Assembly (NCBI RefSeq): GCF_001194135.2
Contig: NC_068988.1
Location: forward strand, 16,073,181-16,129,803
Direction of reading: 5' to 3'
From: Octopus bimaculoides
Taxonomy: Eukaryota
Length of the DNA stretch: 56,623 bases
The notes under the pieces are model-generated. The model was not told the origin of the DNA. It ran no database searches and saw nothing but the letters and a program-made list of their open reading frames with translations. The translations under genes were made by a program, and so were the position numbers. The first letter of the stretch is position 1, and each line of letters starts with the position of its first letter. This document shows, piece after piece, positions 37,489-51,003 of the stretch.

Positions 37489-37706
37489 AATGTTGGTTTC
37501 AAATTGTGGCACCGGCCAGTAATTTCGGGGAGGGCGTCAATCGATTACTTTCACCTCAGTTCTCAACTGTTACTTATTTTACCGACCCCCGAAAGGATAA
37601 AAGGCAAAGTGAAACTCGGTGGAATCTGAACTCAGAATATAAAGACGGACGAAATGCCACTAACCATTTTACCCGGCATGCTAACGATTCTGCCAGCTCA
37701 CCGCCA
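37489..37706 (-). mobile_element. Family B SINE, tail type iii
   Basis: Reverse complement of the family B head plus tail AATTACTGGCCGGTGCCACAATTTGAAACC. Confidence 0.85.
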
Positions 37707-37754
37707 TTACTATAGTAATGATAATGTTATAAATATTGCAGTGATTCAAATATA

Positions 37755-38100
37755 AAACCACATTAACTGAAACCAATACAAGCTAAAGAACTACGTTGAT
37801 CAAGTGCTCCACACAATAAACAAAAGAACCTCATTAACGAACATCCCAAAGATGCTAGAGGAGCGCATTGATCGAACACTCCAGAAGCAAACCAGAGAAC
37901 CGCGTTAACTGAAACCTAGATATAAGCTAAACTACCTCATTAATGGAATATCGTAAATATGAACTAGAGAACGGCATTGACTGAACAATTTAGATATAAA
38001 CTAGAGAACTACATAAATCGAACAATCGAGATATAAACAAGCGAAGAATATTAATCAAAAGTCTCAGAAATGTGCTAGCGACGCTCAAATATTGAACTCC
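37755..38100 (+). repeat. Degenerate minisatellite, ~9 units of ~33-38 bp
   Basis: Recurrent AAC..CATTAACTGAACA...AGATATAAACTAGAG-like units. Confidence 0.7.
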
Positions 38101-38610
38101 CCATAATAACAAAAATAAGATGAACGAGGTGTAACATGTGGAATTGTATTAAGGATCTGCAAAACTTTCCCAAGTGAGTAACGTATTTAGACACGGATCA
38201 CATGTTAAAGCTGTCTCGAAATCTAGGACATTCCAATCTCAAGAACTTCGGATAAAGGATTACTAGCTGTAAGCGTAAGTTTATTGCACAACAGTAACAT
38301 GAAGCATAACAAAACTCAATGAATGTGCAAGGCAATGTTCCGCATTCATTGCTGTGTATATGATGTACGTCACTTAGACACATGTAACATACACAACTAT
38401 AGGTACCACTTAGAATATAGAATTATGTTTTCTGTAATTCATTATCATTTAAAAAAAACTTTTTAATCAACGCTGAAAAAATGTTGGTTACATCTGTGTT
38501 TCTTAGATACGTGGCTGTGAGAATCGAAAAATCTGGTCGGATAATTTGTCATGTTTAAAAAGGGTCTCAAATTTGTGTTCAACTCAATGGAAAAGAAAAT
38601 CTATATTATT

Positions 38611-39031
38611 TTATTCTTTTATTCTTTGAGTTGTTTCAGTCATTTGACTGTGGCCATGCTAGAGCACCGCCTTTAGTCGAGCAAATCGATCCCAGGACTT
38701 ATTCTTTGTAAGCCTAGTACTTATTCTATCAGTCTCGTTTGCCGAACCGCTAAGTTACGGAGACCTAAACACACCACCAGCATCGGTTGTCAAGCTATGT
38801 TGGAGGGACAAACACAGATACACAAACATACTCACACACACACATACACACACACACACACACGCACAACAGGCTTCTTCCAGTTTCCGCCTATCAAATC
38901 CACTCACAAGGCTTTGGTCGGCCCGAGGCTATAGTAGAAGACACTTGCCCAAGGTTCCATGCAGTGGGACTGAACCCGGAACCATGTGGTTGGTAAGCAA
39001 GCTACTTACCACACAGCCACTCCTACGCCTA
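38611..39031 (-). mobile_element. Full-length family A SINE
   Basis: From tail TTGTTTCAGTCATTTGACTG to head CCACACAGCCACTCCTACGCCTA. Confidence 0.93.
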
Positions 39032-39319
39032 TATATAATAATTTGAATACATTCTCTACTTGTTTTCTCATCAATAAATGTTGGAAGACAAATATGAAAA
39101 ACACCAATATTTCCTGTGTGGAGCCTTATATTTAATAGTTCGAAACTTACTGATTTACAAAACATTGAACCCAACTGCGGGTTGAAGAGTAACGTCAAAA
39201 CATTTTAAACTCGCACACATTCATTTTAGTTTCCTACACGTACAGATCTGTCTGCCATATATTCTGCACTCTGTTTCTGATTTTCTAGCGTTGTTTCACA
39301 CAATTAAACAGTTATGATA

Positions 39320-39532
39320 TTCTTTCTATGAAAGGCACAAGGCCTGAAATTTTCTGGGAAGGGTCCAGTCGATTACATCGAACCCAGTGCTCAACCACTA
39401 CTTATTTCATCAATCCCGAAAGGATGAAGGCCAAAGTCGATTTCAGTGGGATTTGAACTCGGAGTAAAAAGCTGGAAGAAATGCCGCTAAGCATTTTGTC
39501 TAGCGCTGTAATGATACTGAAAATTAGCTGCT
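39320..39532 (-). mobile_element. Family B SINE, tail type ii
   Basis: GGCACAAGGCCTGAAATT...CCCGAAAGGATGAAGG...ATTTGAACTC...GCCGCTAAGCATTTTG. Confidence 0.8.
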
Positions 39533-40509
39533 ACAGACGCATGTTATCTTCTTTACTTCATCTCCACTTGCTTTTTGTATCATTTTGTTTACATTTGTAT
39601 TATGTGTGCATTCTCTCTTTGCCTCAGTAACTGTCGCATTATCTCCCTTCGCTTTTTCTTTATGACCATATTATTCCTGTGCCACACACATACACACACA
39701 CACACACACAAAAGCATATACTAGAACTTCGTTTTAAACCAAAATCACTTGTACAGTTTCAACCACATTCTCTCACAACTCCTCTTCTTCTTCTTCTTCT
39801 TCTTCTTCTTCTTCTTCTTCTTCTTNNNNNNNNNNNNNNNNNNNNNNNNNNNNNNNNNNNNNNNNNNNNNNNNNNNNNNNNNNNNNNNNNNNNNNNNNNN
39901 NNNNNNNNNNNNNNNNNNNNNNNNNATATATATACATATATAGACTGATAGATTGATAGGTTGAAAGATAGATAGCCAGATGGATATATAGAACGCTAGA
40001 TAGAGAGAGACACAGATAGATAAATAGATAGATGGATAGAGAGATAGGTAGGTAGGTAGGTCAATACATATACTGCTTAGTAGACAATTATTGGCAGACA
40101 GACATTCAGGTGTTGAATAGCGGCTGCTCGAGAGATAATTGTAAAGATAGCAATATAGGCAAATAAATAAATGAATAACTTGGGAGATAAATGTGTTTGT
40201 TTCTCTTGAAAGGAGAGGGTACGTAACTAATGAACTGTTTACCACAGAGATGATCGAAAGTTTGTTTTTGCTTCTTATCTTTGACTTCATCCAATTATTC
40301 ATAAATTCCATCACCTTCTTCACCATTAACATCATGAAACAATTATTTCAATGATGATAAATTCAATATTATTGTATATCATTAATATACAGTAATATCG
40401 AATTTATGAAACCAGTTCATGTGGTGTTTGATATTAACTAGATGCATCGTGTGAACAAAACAAATGTATCATTGCAGAACTACTTTCCGAGTTATTATTT
40501 ACTGGTCTT

Positions 40510-40733
40510 TAAGGCCACGAGCTGGCAAACTCGTTAGCACGCCGGGCAAAATGCTTAGCGGTATTTCATTCGTGTCTTTACGTTTCGTGTTCAAATTCCA
40601 CTGAGGTAGATTTTGCCTTTCATCCTTTCATGGTCGATATATTGAGTATCAAATGAGCACTGGGGATAGATATAATCGATTTAACCCTTTTCCCAAAGTT
40701 GCTGGTCTTGTGCCAACATTTGAAACCATTATT
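40510..40733 (+). mobile_element. Family B SINE, tail type iii
   Basis: GGCCACGAGCTGGCAAACTCGTTAGCACGCCGGGCAAAATGCTTAGCGG...TTGCTGGTCTTGTGCCAACATTTGAAACC. Confidence 0.85.
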
Positions 40734-42660
40734 TATCGATCCTTGGCTTTCGTTGGAATTTGGGATACAAATGGCTAGGATTTGTAATGTGATACCTTTG
40801 CGACTGCATTAGTATATAATATTAGTCATATCATTATATGAGGTTGGGGAATTTTAGACACATCGTTATATGATGTTAGGAGAAATAGTGCTTTGATGAC
40901 GTGAAAAAATTAGTCTAAACTAATCATTATTCGTCTATAGGAGGTTATTATAGTTTCTATTCTTGTTGTTTTGAGTGTAAATGCAGACTATCCACTTACT
41001 GTGAATACGTATATACTGAAATCTAGCGTAATCAGTAGGTACAAGCTAATCACCTTTAAACACATTTAAATTTCACACCACTGTTATAAGCAGAGGAATG
41101 CTTTTAGACTTAAGTAATTTTAAAAGTGTAGCATCAACGCAACAAAATCATCCTTAAGATTAATACTTTTCTATTTACTTAATAACGTCTTGACAGAAAA
41201 TGAGATTAACTTTAAAACGTGTAGAAATTCGAATAGATATTTAAGTGATATTTATTTATTTATGTATTATGTATTTAAATATTTATTGATAATATTTGTT
41301 TTTCTACACATTTATTACTATAGACATTTAGATGCAATTCTGCAGCTTTTATAAATAATTTTATTTCTATAGATTTTTACAGAATTTGTAATTGGCTTCA
41401 GACATACAAATCTTGGCCGACTGGAAATTATTTTAAGAAATATATCATTTAAAAATTTTACTTTAGAGGACAAAAGGTTGTTTTTCAAAACATATTTTCC
41501 GACGCATATCTTAGTACATGACGTAGTGGTTAAGGAGCTGGTCTTTACTTTGGTTCATTTTGGCTTTACACAAACCTCAGCGAGTTGCTTTATGAGTAGT
41601 TAGAACTGATTGAAATGATAATAATGGTAATAGTATACTAGGAAGTTGTTTAAGAAGATGGTGGGAGGCAAAACAGAAATAGGAGTGAAGCACGTGTTTG
41701 TAGGGTGTGGGATGATAAAAAGTTATGGTAAGGAAATTAATTTGGTTTGATGCTGGGAGTTTGTTACTGATAAAGTTCCGTCAAGCTTTGTAAGTAATTG
41801 AGTAAATATGTGTCAAAATCAGATCACGATATGCTTTGTATAGAAAGTTGGTTTGTAGAAACAGCTGGCAACACATCATTGGTCAGATTTGGGTAGATTT
41901 AAAGTTGGTATTATTTGATTTCTATTTAGAAATTTTGAACTGGGTCCTTTGATAAAGTTTGGAATGAGGACAGTATAAATATTTATTGGAGTTATCTGGT
42001 CTGTTTTTAGCGTAGCAATTTATATCTATGTTATATTATTGTTGACAAATGCATACACCTAATTCAACAACGTTATCTATACATCCACATGAAAAGGGTG
42101 ATGCATTTTTCCATGGGTTAATCCTTCTACAATTCTACAAGGAAATATATATGTATAAACAATATAAAAATATAGCAATACGTATGTGCATGTACCCAAA
42201 TACCTAGAAACGGCCTTGTCCGTTTTCATATGTATATACTAACATATAGATATATACGGATATGCACTACATGTGTATACATATAAATATAAGTAGCAAA
42301 CACATACACGCACGCACACACATACACACACACACACACACACACAATCACATACTCACGCACATACATATATACACTGTGTGTGTGTCTGTGTACATGC
42401 ATACGCACAAGCACGCACTTATGCACCTATATACGCACACATTTCTACATATGTACACCCTACTTTAGAAATCGACAAACATGCATATACACGTATATGT
42501 GTGTGTATGTGTGTGTATATATATATGTGTGTGTGTGTGTGTATATATGTATATAGGTATATATGTTTATATACATATATACTATTCTCTGTAAATTAGG
42601 GATGGTCAATTCTTTATTTTCTATTTAGCACTTCTTTCTGAGAGGGTTTTTATATTTTTT

Positions 42661-42862
42661 ATTCTTTTATTCTTTAACTTATCTCAGTCATTTGACTGTG
42701 GCCATGCTAGAGCTCCGCCTTCAGTCGAGCAAATCGACCGCAGGACATGTTCTTTGAGAGCCTAGTACTTAGTCTATCGGTCTCTTTTGCCGAATCGCTA
42801 CGTTACGGGTATGTAAACACTCTAGCATCGGTTGTCAAGTGATGTTGGAAGGACTAACACAG

Positions 42863-42893
<31 letters not shown>

Positions 42894-43053
42894 TATACGA
42901 GTTTCTTTCAGTTTCCGTTTACCAAATCCACTCACAAGGCTTTGGTCCACCTGAGACTATAGCAAAAGACATATGCCCAAGGTGCCACACAGTGGGACTG
43001 AACCAGGAACTATGTGATTGGGAAGCAAGCTTCTTACTAGGCAGCCACGCCTA
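42661..43053 (-). mobile_element. Family A SINE, full length, diverged
   Basis: Aligns to 38611-39031 along its length. Confidence 0.88.
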
Positions 43054-43385
43054 TGACCAAAATTTTTAAATGATAATAGCAGAACAATATAAGTTGACTA
43101 GAATATCTACTTTTACTGACAAAATGAATGTCATTTTGTCTTGTTCCGACCTATCCTTCCTTGTATATTCGTGTGTATATTTAGAGTTGATCTGGTCATA
43201 TAACCATGAGGTTTCGGTGATCTAATGGGCTAACTTTCTTTATTTGCATTAATTTGTGAATATACATTTAACTGCATTGCAAAATGATTAACATACATGA
43301 GGCGAGCATGTGTTCGCATTTTCTTGCATAATGCAAATAATAGTACTTGATGAGAGTTGCGGATCGACCGCTCTCTCGCTCTCTT

Positions 43386-43419
<34 letters not shown>

Positions 43420-43447
43420 ATACACACGCACACACACCTCACGCACG

Positions 43448-43517
<70 letters not shown>

Positions 43518-43797
43518 TGTGTCTATAATTGTCTTGGTATCTGCACAACTCCTGTGATATTGTGATGTCTTAAATATTCTTTTTTATCATTCTACAATTT
43601 CTATTAGAATAAACTGTATAAAGTCACGACTTTCTTAAAGAATAAAACAATGCCAAATAATGATTATTTATGACTACCAAATTCAGCCTCTATTATGACG
43701 CAAGTATGTATAGGTATAAAAACCTTGTGCCGAACCTAAATAAATCTAAAATAACGTAAGGGACGGGATTGTTTTCAGTTTTGTACTTTTTCATAAG

Positions 43798-43904
43798 ACT
43801 TAGTCTATCGGTCTCTTTTGCCGGATCGCTAAGTTACAGGTATGTAAACACTCTAGCATCGGTTATCAAGTGATGTTGGAAGGACTAACACAGACACAGA
43901 CACA

Positions 43905-43960
<56 letters not shown>

Positions 43961-43987
43961 TATACGAGTTTCTTTCAGTTTCCGTTT
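43798..43987 (-). mobile_element. Internal family A SINE segment, near copy of 42767-42920
   Basis: Shares private variants with the 42661 copy (TTAGTCTATC, GTATGTAAACACTCTAGC, AAGTGATGTTGGAAGGACTAAC, TACGAGTTTCTTTC). Confidence 0.88.
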
Positions 43988-44151
43988 TCCTTGAGTAAAT
44001 CCCTTGTGGGTACGCTTAAAGCTTCAGTTAGCTTAGCTTCTAATATGGGCCGTGCGGAAAGGTGTCCAGTATGTCCGATTCAAACTGAACAGGAGTATGT
44101 TGCTTTAGTTTGGTCTTGTATCTTTTTTGTCATTGTTTTATTTCATTTTAG

Positions 44152-44300
<149 letters not shown>

Positions 44301-45541
44301 AGAATAGTAAACAAATCAAAATGTTTTACATAGAATCAATTTATTTCTAAACATTTCTTGGAAGCAGAGAAGAGGTAAAAAAAATAAACATTTAAGTAGA
44401 ACAACAAATATTAAGAAAAAAAAGTACTCGTACGAATGAAGATTTCTTGCTCTTAAAATTTTCTGCCTGAAATTCGATTTTATTTTTTTGGCTTTATTGC
44501 CAATTCCTAATATTTTGAGCGTTTTATTCTATTCCACAAGGTATTATGTGTTCTTGGAAATTATATAGGAAATATAATTATAAAGTCTGAATGTATTTAT
44601 ATATGTTCATGATATTATTATTGATATTTTAATATCATTTCTATATGTAATATCTGGTGTAGCGTAAAATATTAAAGTATTAACGCTTCTTTTATTTATT
44701 TTCCTGCCTCGGTTTTATCTAGTTTGCTTTCTTCTCTCATCTGTTCCGTTGCTATGAAATAAAAAGAAACCACCAATGGCACTTTCATTCCCTCACTCAA
44801 CTCCCCTCTGTTTATTCTGCAGGGGAAGGACTACGACGCCACAAAATTCCATTTTCTTATCCCATAAAATATAAGATTCATACGAGATCGATGGTAAATA
44901 TCATAAAACCACTAGTTGCTGCTACTAAGTATTTTTTCACTTTTAAAATGCTTTGTGTTCTTGGCAAAGACAAAAGTCAAAATGTCACGGAAACTTGAGA
45001 GATCGAAATTATAAGAAATTTCTTAGAACATGTATTTCTGAAAATATTTCCAGACGGTCAACCTATTAATAATTGCTTTCTTTTAGTACATTTAGTACAT
45101 TTTTCCATTATAGTATAGATTATTATTGTTGTTGTTGTTGTTGTTCTTATTATTATCATCGTCGTTTTCGTCATCATCATCATTATAATCTTCATCCTTT
45201 CCTCATCATCATTATTTCTATTATAAATATTATTGTCATTTTTGTCCTCTTCATAGTCGTCGTTGTTGTTTTTGGGTCTATAAAGTAAGCAATCTCGTTA
45301 AATCCAAGTCCGTTAAAATAAAATAAGGGGTTAGTATATATATATATATATAGGATGATAAATTGAATATTAATTCAGTTTAAAACCAAATGGCCGAGCA
45401 TATAAAAAAATCTGAAAATTCAGAAAAATTTGTATTACACGTGTATAAGGGATGACCACTAGGTGGACATCCAATATGCTAGAAAGAGGTCATCAATGAC
45501 CCAACCACAAAGAAAAAAAATGTTCTCCAGAATAATGTTCC

Positions 45542-45582
<41 letters not shown>

Positions 45583-48290
45583 TTTGAAGGTTCTTACAGC
45601 TATTGCTGTGGTGTATTGAGTATCGGATTAAACAATGGAACGATATAAAATTCAAAACTGACGCTTTGGTACGAAATAGTTAGCTGCTACATCATGTAGG
45701 TTAATGTATCACAGAGAGTCTCCCTTTTACTCAGAGTCAGTGTTTCGATTGAGACTGATGAAATTAAAAGAAATGAAGAACTGACTGAAAATTAATGGTT
45801 AATAGCGAAATTATCTTAAAGAAACAATTATTAATTGAATGTCAATGATAAATGTCAGTTGGATACTGAAAGGTTAGATAGAGAGGAATGGGAAAGCGAA
45901 ACGGCGACGGTGGTAAATTGATTTTGGTGGAGATGATGTTAATGAAGACTAGTAGTAGAGAAGATGTTGGTTGTGAAAGTGATAGTGGTAGTGTTCGTTG
46001 TTGATGGCTGAACGAGTATATATATATATAGATAGATAGATGTGTGTGTGTGTGTGTGTGTGTGTATGAGTATGATACGTATGTATATATTATGTATGCA
46101 TTTTACTTTTTCACCGTTTATCTATCTTTCTTCCCCCCTCTCTTTCTCTCTTTATATATGTAAACATATACACTTATGTCTATTCAGATTTTGTGAAAAA
46201 TTACGAATATACTGAGAGAAATAATGTTTCATGTTGTGATTCATAATGTAGATGAAAGATGAGAAATGAAACATATAACAATCATATCATCTAAGATCAT
46301 TTTTGCAAGTGTATATTATCAATGTAATAGAAGCAAAATATCAAAGCAAAATGCTATCAGTTTTGATGCATTTGTCGCGTAAATGGGCATTTAAACTCAC
46401 GTAATTAGTGTTTTCCCAGTCTTCTGAAAGCACTATACTATTTAAAACACAAATAGCGATTTCAGGCAGAAATAGCAATCTATGTACAGTTCACAAACTC
46501 AGCACTCTATCCTATCTAGTGTTGTGAATATCCTCAAACCACCTTGGACAGGAGAGTGTTGTGTGGAATTGACAGGCGAGCGTACTGTGCCTATAACGGT
46601 TGGAAATTTGTCGCATCTTACGGCGCACCTGTGGGAGTGCATACGTGTGTATGTGGGTTTATACATACATGCATGCATACATACATACATACATACATGC
46701 ATATATACATACATACATACATACATACATACATACACACATACACACAAACATACATCTGAAACTCCATTGTTTTCGCAGAGTTTATGAAAGGAAATGA
46801 ATAATAGAAAACGGATTGAACGACATTCTTTATTACATTGACTACTGTTGTTTGCACATGTCACATCCGTAGTATATTGATGAGATGACATAATTAACAT
46901 ATCGTGTAATCACTACCATCTATGAAATGTGGAAAATGTGTTTCTTCATGTGAATATGTCATTTCACTAAAAAAAAAAAAAAGAGTGCTCAAAGCCAGAA
47001 AGAAGGACCAATGTTTCTTAGACAGAAGGCGAGTGAATGAAAAATCCTTGAATTTTCGGTTGTTACTGTGATGTATTAATTAGTACGACTGTAGTCTAGT
47101 TGCCGCCGTAAAGAAGTCCGGCCCGAATACTCATCACATTAACCCATTACCTCTCATAATTCTATTAACTGGAATTCTTTTATGAAACTTTGATTTCTAG
47201 CATAAAACAGCCTTAGAAACACGCTGAAATTATCAAAATAACATTTTAAATAGAAATAAGCGAGATATTGGGTGAAAAATTAGCAAACCTCATTTGAATA
47301 TCAGAGAAATATACCTAGTAGATATAGTAAAAAGGTTAGATATGTGTAAATATTGACAGATAATTACGAAATTCGTAATTTTTAAGTGATTTCATATGAG
47401 ATCACTGGTAGGTAATGGGTTAAGAACTATCTTTAAGTTTTAACCGTGAGCCTGCTAGTCGTATTAGAACAGGCAACAAAGTAGGTCTGTTATTGATAAA
47501 TACCACCCATGTCTTATCTAAGAGGCTGCTACACAAACCCTTTTTTCCGTCAATTTCCTTCACACTTCTTCAATTGGCTTATTCTGCCGGACACTTGCTT
47601 AAGGATAGAATCACAAAGTCTGCGTTTACAAAGGCAACTTCTTAAAGGTTGTGCTATAAAATATTGTAAATAAGTAATAATTTCATGATTTGAAATAATG
47701 CCAATATTTTAAGTGAGTAAGACCATGGAATAAACACCAGTATTGATATTTAGTTTATCGATGCCAATCTATGAAAGGCATTATTTCATCGATCCCTTGG
47801 CGATGTAAGGATACTTCACCTCTGATGCGATTTGAAGATTTACCAAGATGTAGAGGAAAATAAACACTATAAATACATTGAGATATATTGAATATGCAAG
47901 ATGAATTTGCGATAATGAATTTAAATATCAGTAATATTTGTATTGATTGACTATTAGTAATGATTGAGAATTCGTATTTATCATTGTCTATTCGTAATAA
48001 ACATTATCTATAAACGATTAGCATTATTGACTTGAGCAGACATGTGACTCGAAGTTTAGTTTCGTTCATAAGAGTATTATAAATTTAAGAGAAGTAGAAT
48101 TAGTTTCGGATCATTACCTCAGTTTGCCTCAAGAAATCAGTTACTACATTGTGGTTAGTTTATATATCTATCATTATGATATTATGACTTGAATGACAAA
48201 TGAATATCAAAAGTAATAGACTGTCAGGCTATATAAAGAGTATTATGTATGGGGAATCAAATTTCCGGTTCAAATAAAGGGTGAACCAAA

Positions 48291-48709
48291 TTGTTTCAGT
48301 CGCTGGGACTGTGGCTCCTGTGAGTTAATGCCAAGGACGGTTTAGTCGAACAAATGGAGTCCATCATTTATTTTTAAGTCTGTACTTATTTTATCGGCCT
48401 CTTTTGCTCAACTGTTGAGTTAGAGGGATGTCAACGAACCAACACCGGTTGCTTAGCAGTGGTGTAAGTCAAACACAGACACAAGCGGGGGCACACACAC
48501 ACGCACGCACGCACACACACACACACACACACACAGACACACAGATATACACTACGGACTTGTTTCAATCTCCGGTTGTCAAATCCACTGCAAAGTTTTC
48601 GTCGACTCTATACGATGTTAGAAAACACTTGCACAAGGTGCCACGCAGTGGGACTGAACCCAGTGCCATGTGGTTGGGAAGTAAATTTCTTAGAACGCAG
48701 CCACGCCTA
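48291..48709 (-). mobile_element. Old family A SINE
   Basis: TTGTTTCAGTC...CACTTGCACAAGGTGCCACGCAGTGGGACTGAACCC...GCAGCCACGCCTA. Confidence 0.8.
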
Positions 48710-48895
48710 AATAACTAAATATAATTACTATTGCTAATAAGAAGATATGAACAGGTCTCGTCGGCGGTAGCTCGGTTTTGTGATCGAGTTTGATACTCGG
48801 TTAATGTAAATTCACTGTATTTACGCACGCACGCACACTCACACACACACACACGAATACAACCCCCTACACACACATGCACACACACACAAAAA

Positions 48896-49141
48896 TCAAA
48901 GGTTCTTCCGAGCCATAAACTCATAAGGCCGGATTCCTGGATTCTGTCGCATATATATTCCCCTTCAGCCTACACGAGACACATGTCTGTTGGAAGATTA
49001 CACATTTTTGTTAACTGAGTGTAGTGGAGCAACTTGAAAAGAAGAGTTTTACTCAAGAGCAAGATTCACGGTCTAGGAATCGAAACCACAGTCTTATGAC
49101 CATGTAAGCAGGACTCCTAACCACTAAACCACGCGTCTCTC
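48896..49141 (-). mobile_element. Degenerate tRNA-derived SINE, family D
   Basis: GGAATCGAAACC (reverse B box) and CCTAACCACTAAACCACGCG (reverse A box) at the right end. Confidence 0.6.
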
Positions 49142-49454
49142 CACATAGCTTATACTTATGGAAAAAACATTAGTGTGCGACACAGAATTTTGCTTCTACT
49201 CTGACAATAATACTAATCGTTGTTCTTGTATAATGCATATAAAGGCTCTGTGCCAATTCTTGATTCTAACCATCATAAATTTAAAATTCCATTGATATAT
49301 TCCTTCGAAAAGATAATCTGTCTTTATCTTTATATTACGGTTGATTAATGTCATTCATATCTCACCAGGCATCTTATTGCTGTGGTACATTTCCAAACAA
49401 GTTTCGATTCCCTCATGGAGAAGTATTTTGCCATATTCCACTTGTTGTTTGCAA

Positions 49455-49959
49455 GCGTTGTTAGCACTCCGTCGCTTACGACGTCGAGGGTTCCAGTTGA
49501 TCCGATCAACGGAACAGCCTGCTCGTGAAATTAACGTGCAAGTGGCTGAGCACTCCACAGACACGTGTACACTTAACGTAGTTCTCGGGGATATTCAGCG
49601 NNNNNNNNNNACGACGTCGAGGGTTCCAGTTGATCCGATCAACGGAACAGCCTGCTCGTGAAATTAACGTGCAAGTGGCTGAGCACTCCACAGACACGTG
49701 TACACTTAACGTAGTTCTCGGGGATATTCAGCGTGACACTGTGATAAGTCTGACCCTTTGAATTACAGGCACAACAGAAACAGGAAGTAAGAGTGAGAGA
49801 AAGTTGTGGTGAAAGAGTACTGCCGGAGCCTCATGGAGCTTTTAGGTGTTTTCGCTCAATAAACACTCACCTCGCTCGGTCTGGGAATCGAAACCGCGAT
49901 CCTATGACCGCGAGTCCGCTGCCCTAACCATTGGACCACTGGGCCATTGCGCCTCCACC
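49455..49959 (-). mobile_element. Family C SINE with 11-bp TSD; 123 bp duplicated across a 10-N gap
   Basis: Reverse complement of 18875-19261; TSD GTTGTTTGCAA at 49444-49454 and 49960-49970. Confidence 0.9.
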
Positions 49960-50630
49960 GTTGTTTGCAATCACTGTAGAGAAAAAAATATAAAAATACT
50001 TTAAGCTTGTAAGACAGTTTAAAGCAAGTAAACATAAGTTCATTCCATTAACGAATGCTCATTCTTTTGTTCAGAAACGTACGAACAACGCACGTATATA
50101 TGAATCAGCTAAACGTTACTCACTTAGATCGTGACTGCCTCGTTTATGTTACTGTTGCATTTAAGAAACCGATGACGACGATAGTAAACTGCTATTTTCA
50201 CTCATTTAGTTATCTAACTTTCACTTGGTATGCAAAAATAAAAATCGTTATTAACGCTGTATTGCTAAACAAATTACCAATAGAATAACGTTTATTATTA
50301 TAGCTGCTTTTGTTCTTCCAATTGATAAAGACGTCATGGCGACTATCATTGCTGTTATTTTTGGTTAAAACGAGTGTTATTGCTGTTATATCACAGCTTA
50401 GTACTTTATGCTTTTGTAAATCTGCCATCATCTCTGATCCGTCTCGTTTATCTTCAGCTGCAAACACTTACTCTCTAAAATTAAAGCTGTGGTGTTCCAT
50501 CAATAAAGTAATTTCATTCTCGTATAGCAGTTCATGCACACACATACTTACACACACACGCGCGCACTCTCTCTCACACACCCACACACCCACACACACA
50601 AACACACTCATACATGCGTAATGAAGAGAT

Positions 50631-50678
<48 letters not shown>

Positions 50679-50951
50679 AGCAAAATGTGAAAGAGAGGGG
50701 CTGAGATATGTTCATGGTTACCACAAAACACTACATCATGCGTGCTGGAGAATTTGTATACATGTATGTAGGTATGAGTGAATGCCATATGTGTTTGTAG
50801 GCGTTTGTGTGTGTGTATTTCGTTTTTGCTTTCGATGGATGAACAAATTCTCTCGCTTCTCTCCACCTCTGCCTCCTGCTTTGCCTGCTTTTCTCGAATA
50901 AAGCTGTTTAACTCTCTCCTATATTTCCTATTGTCATTCTTTGTTCTCTTC

Positions 50952-51003
<52 letters not shown>

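Noticed and set aside
37755-38100. CRISPR-like array (also 56189-56370)
   Set aside because: No constant repeat with unique spacers, no cas genes, eukaryotic context
41620-42010. Strand-skewed block resembling a decayed PLE RT on the minus strand
   Set aside because: No motif could be read convincingly
49385-49430. Hammerhead-like CTCCATGA…GAAACTTGTT on the minus strand
   Set aside because: Core has an extra base and stem II is only 1-2 bp
49478-49733. 123-bp exact direct repeat inside the family C SINE
   Set aside because: Identical copies flank a 10-N gap; typical unmerged contig overlap
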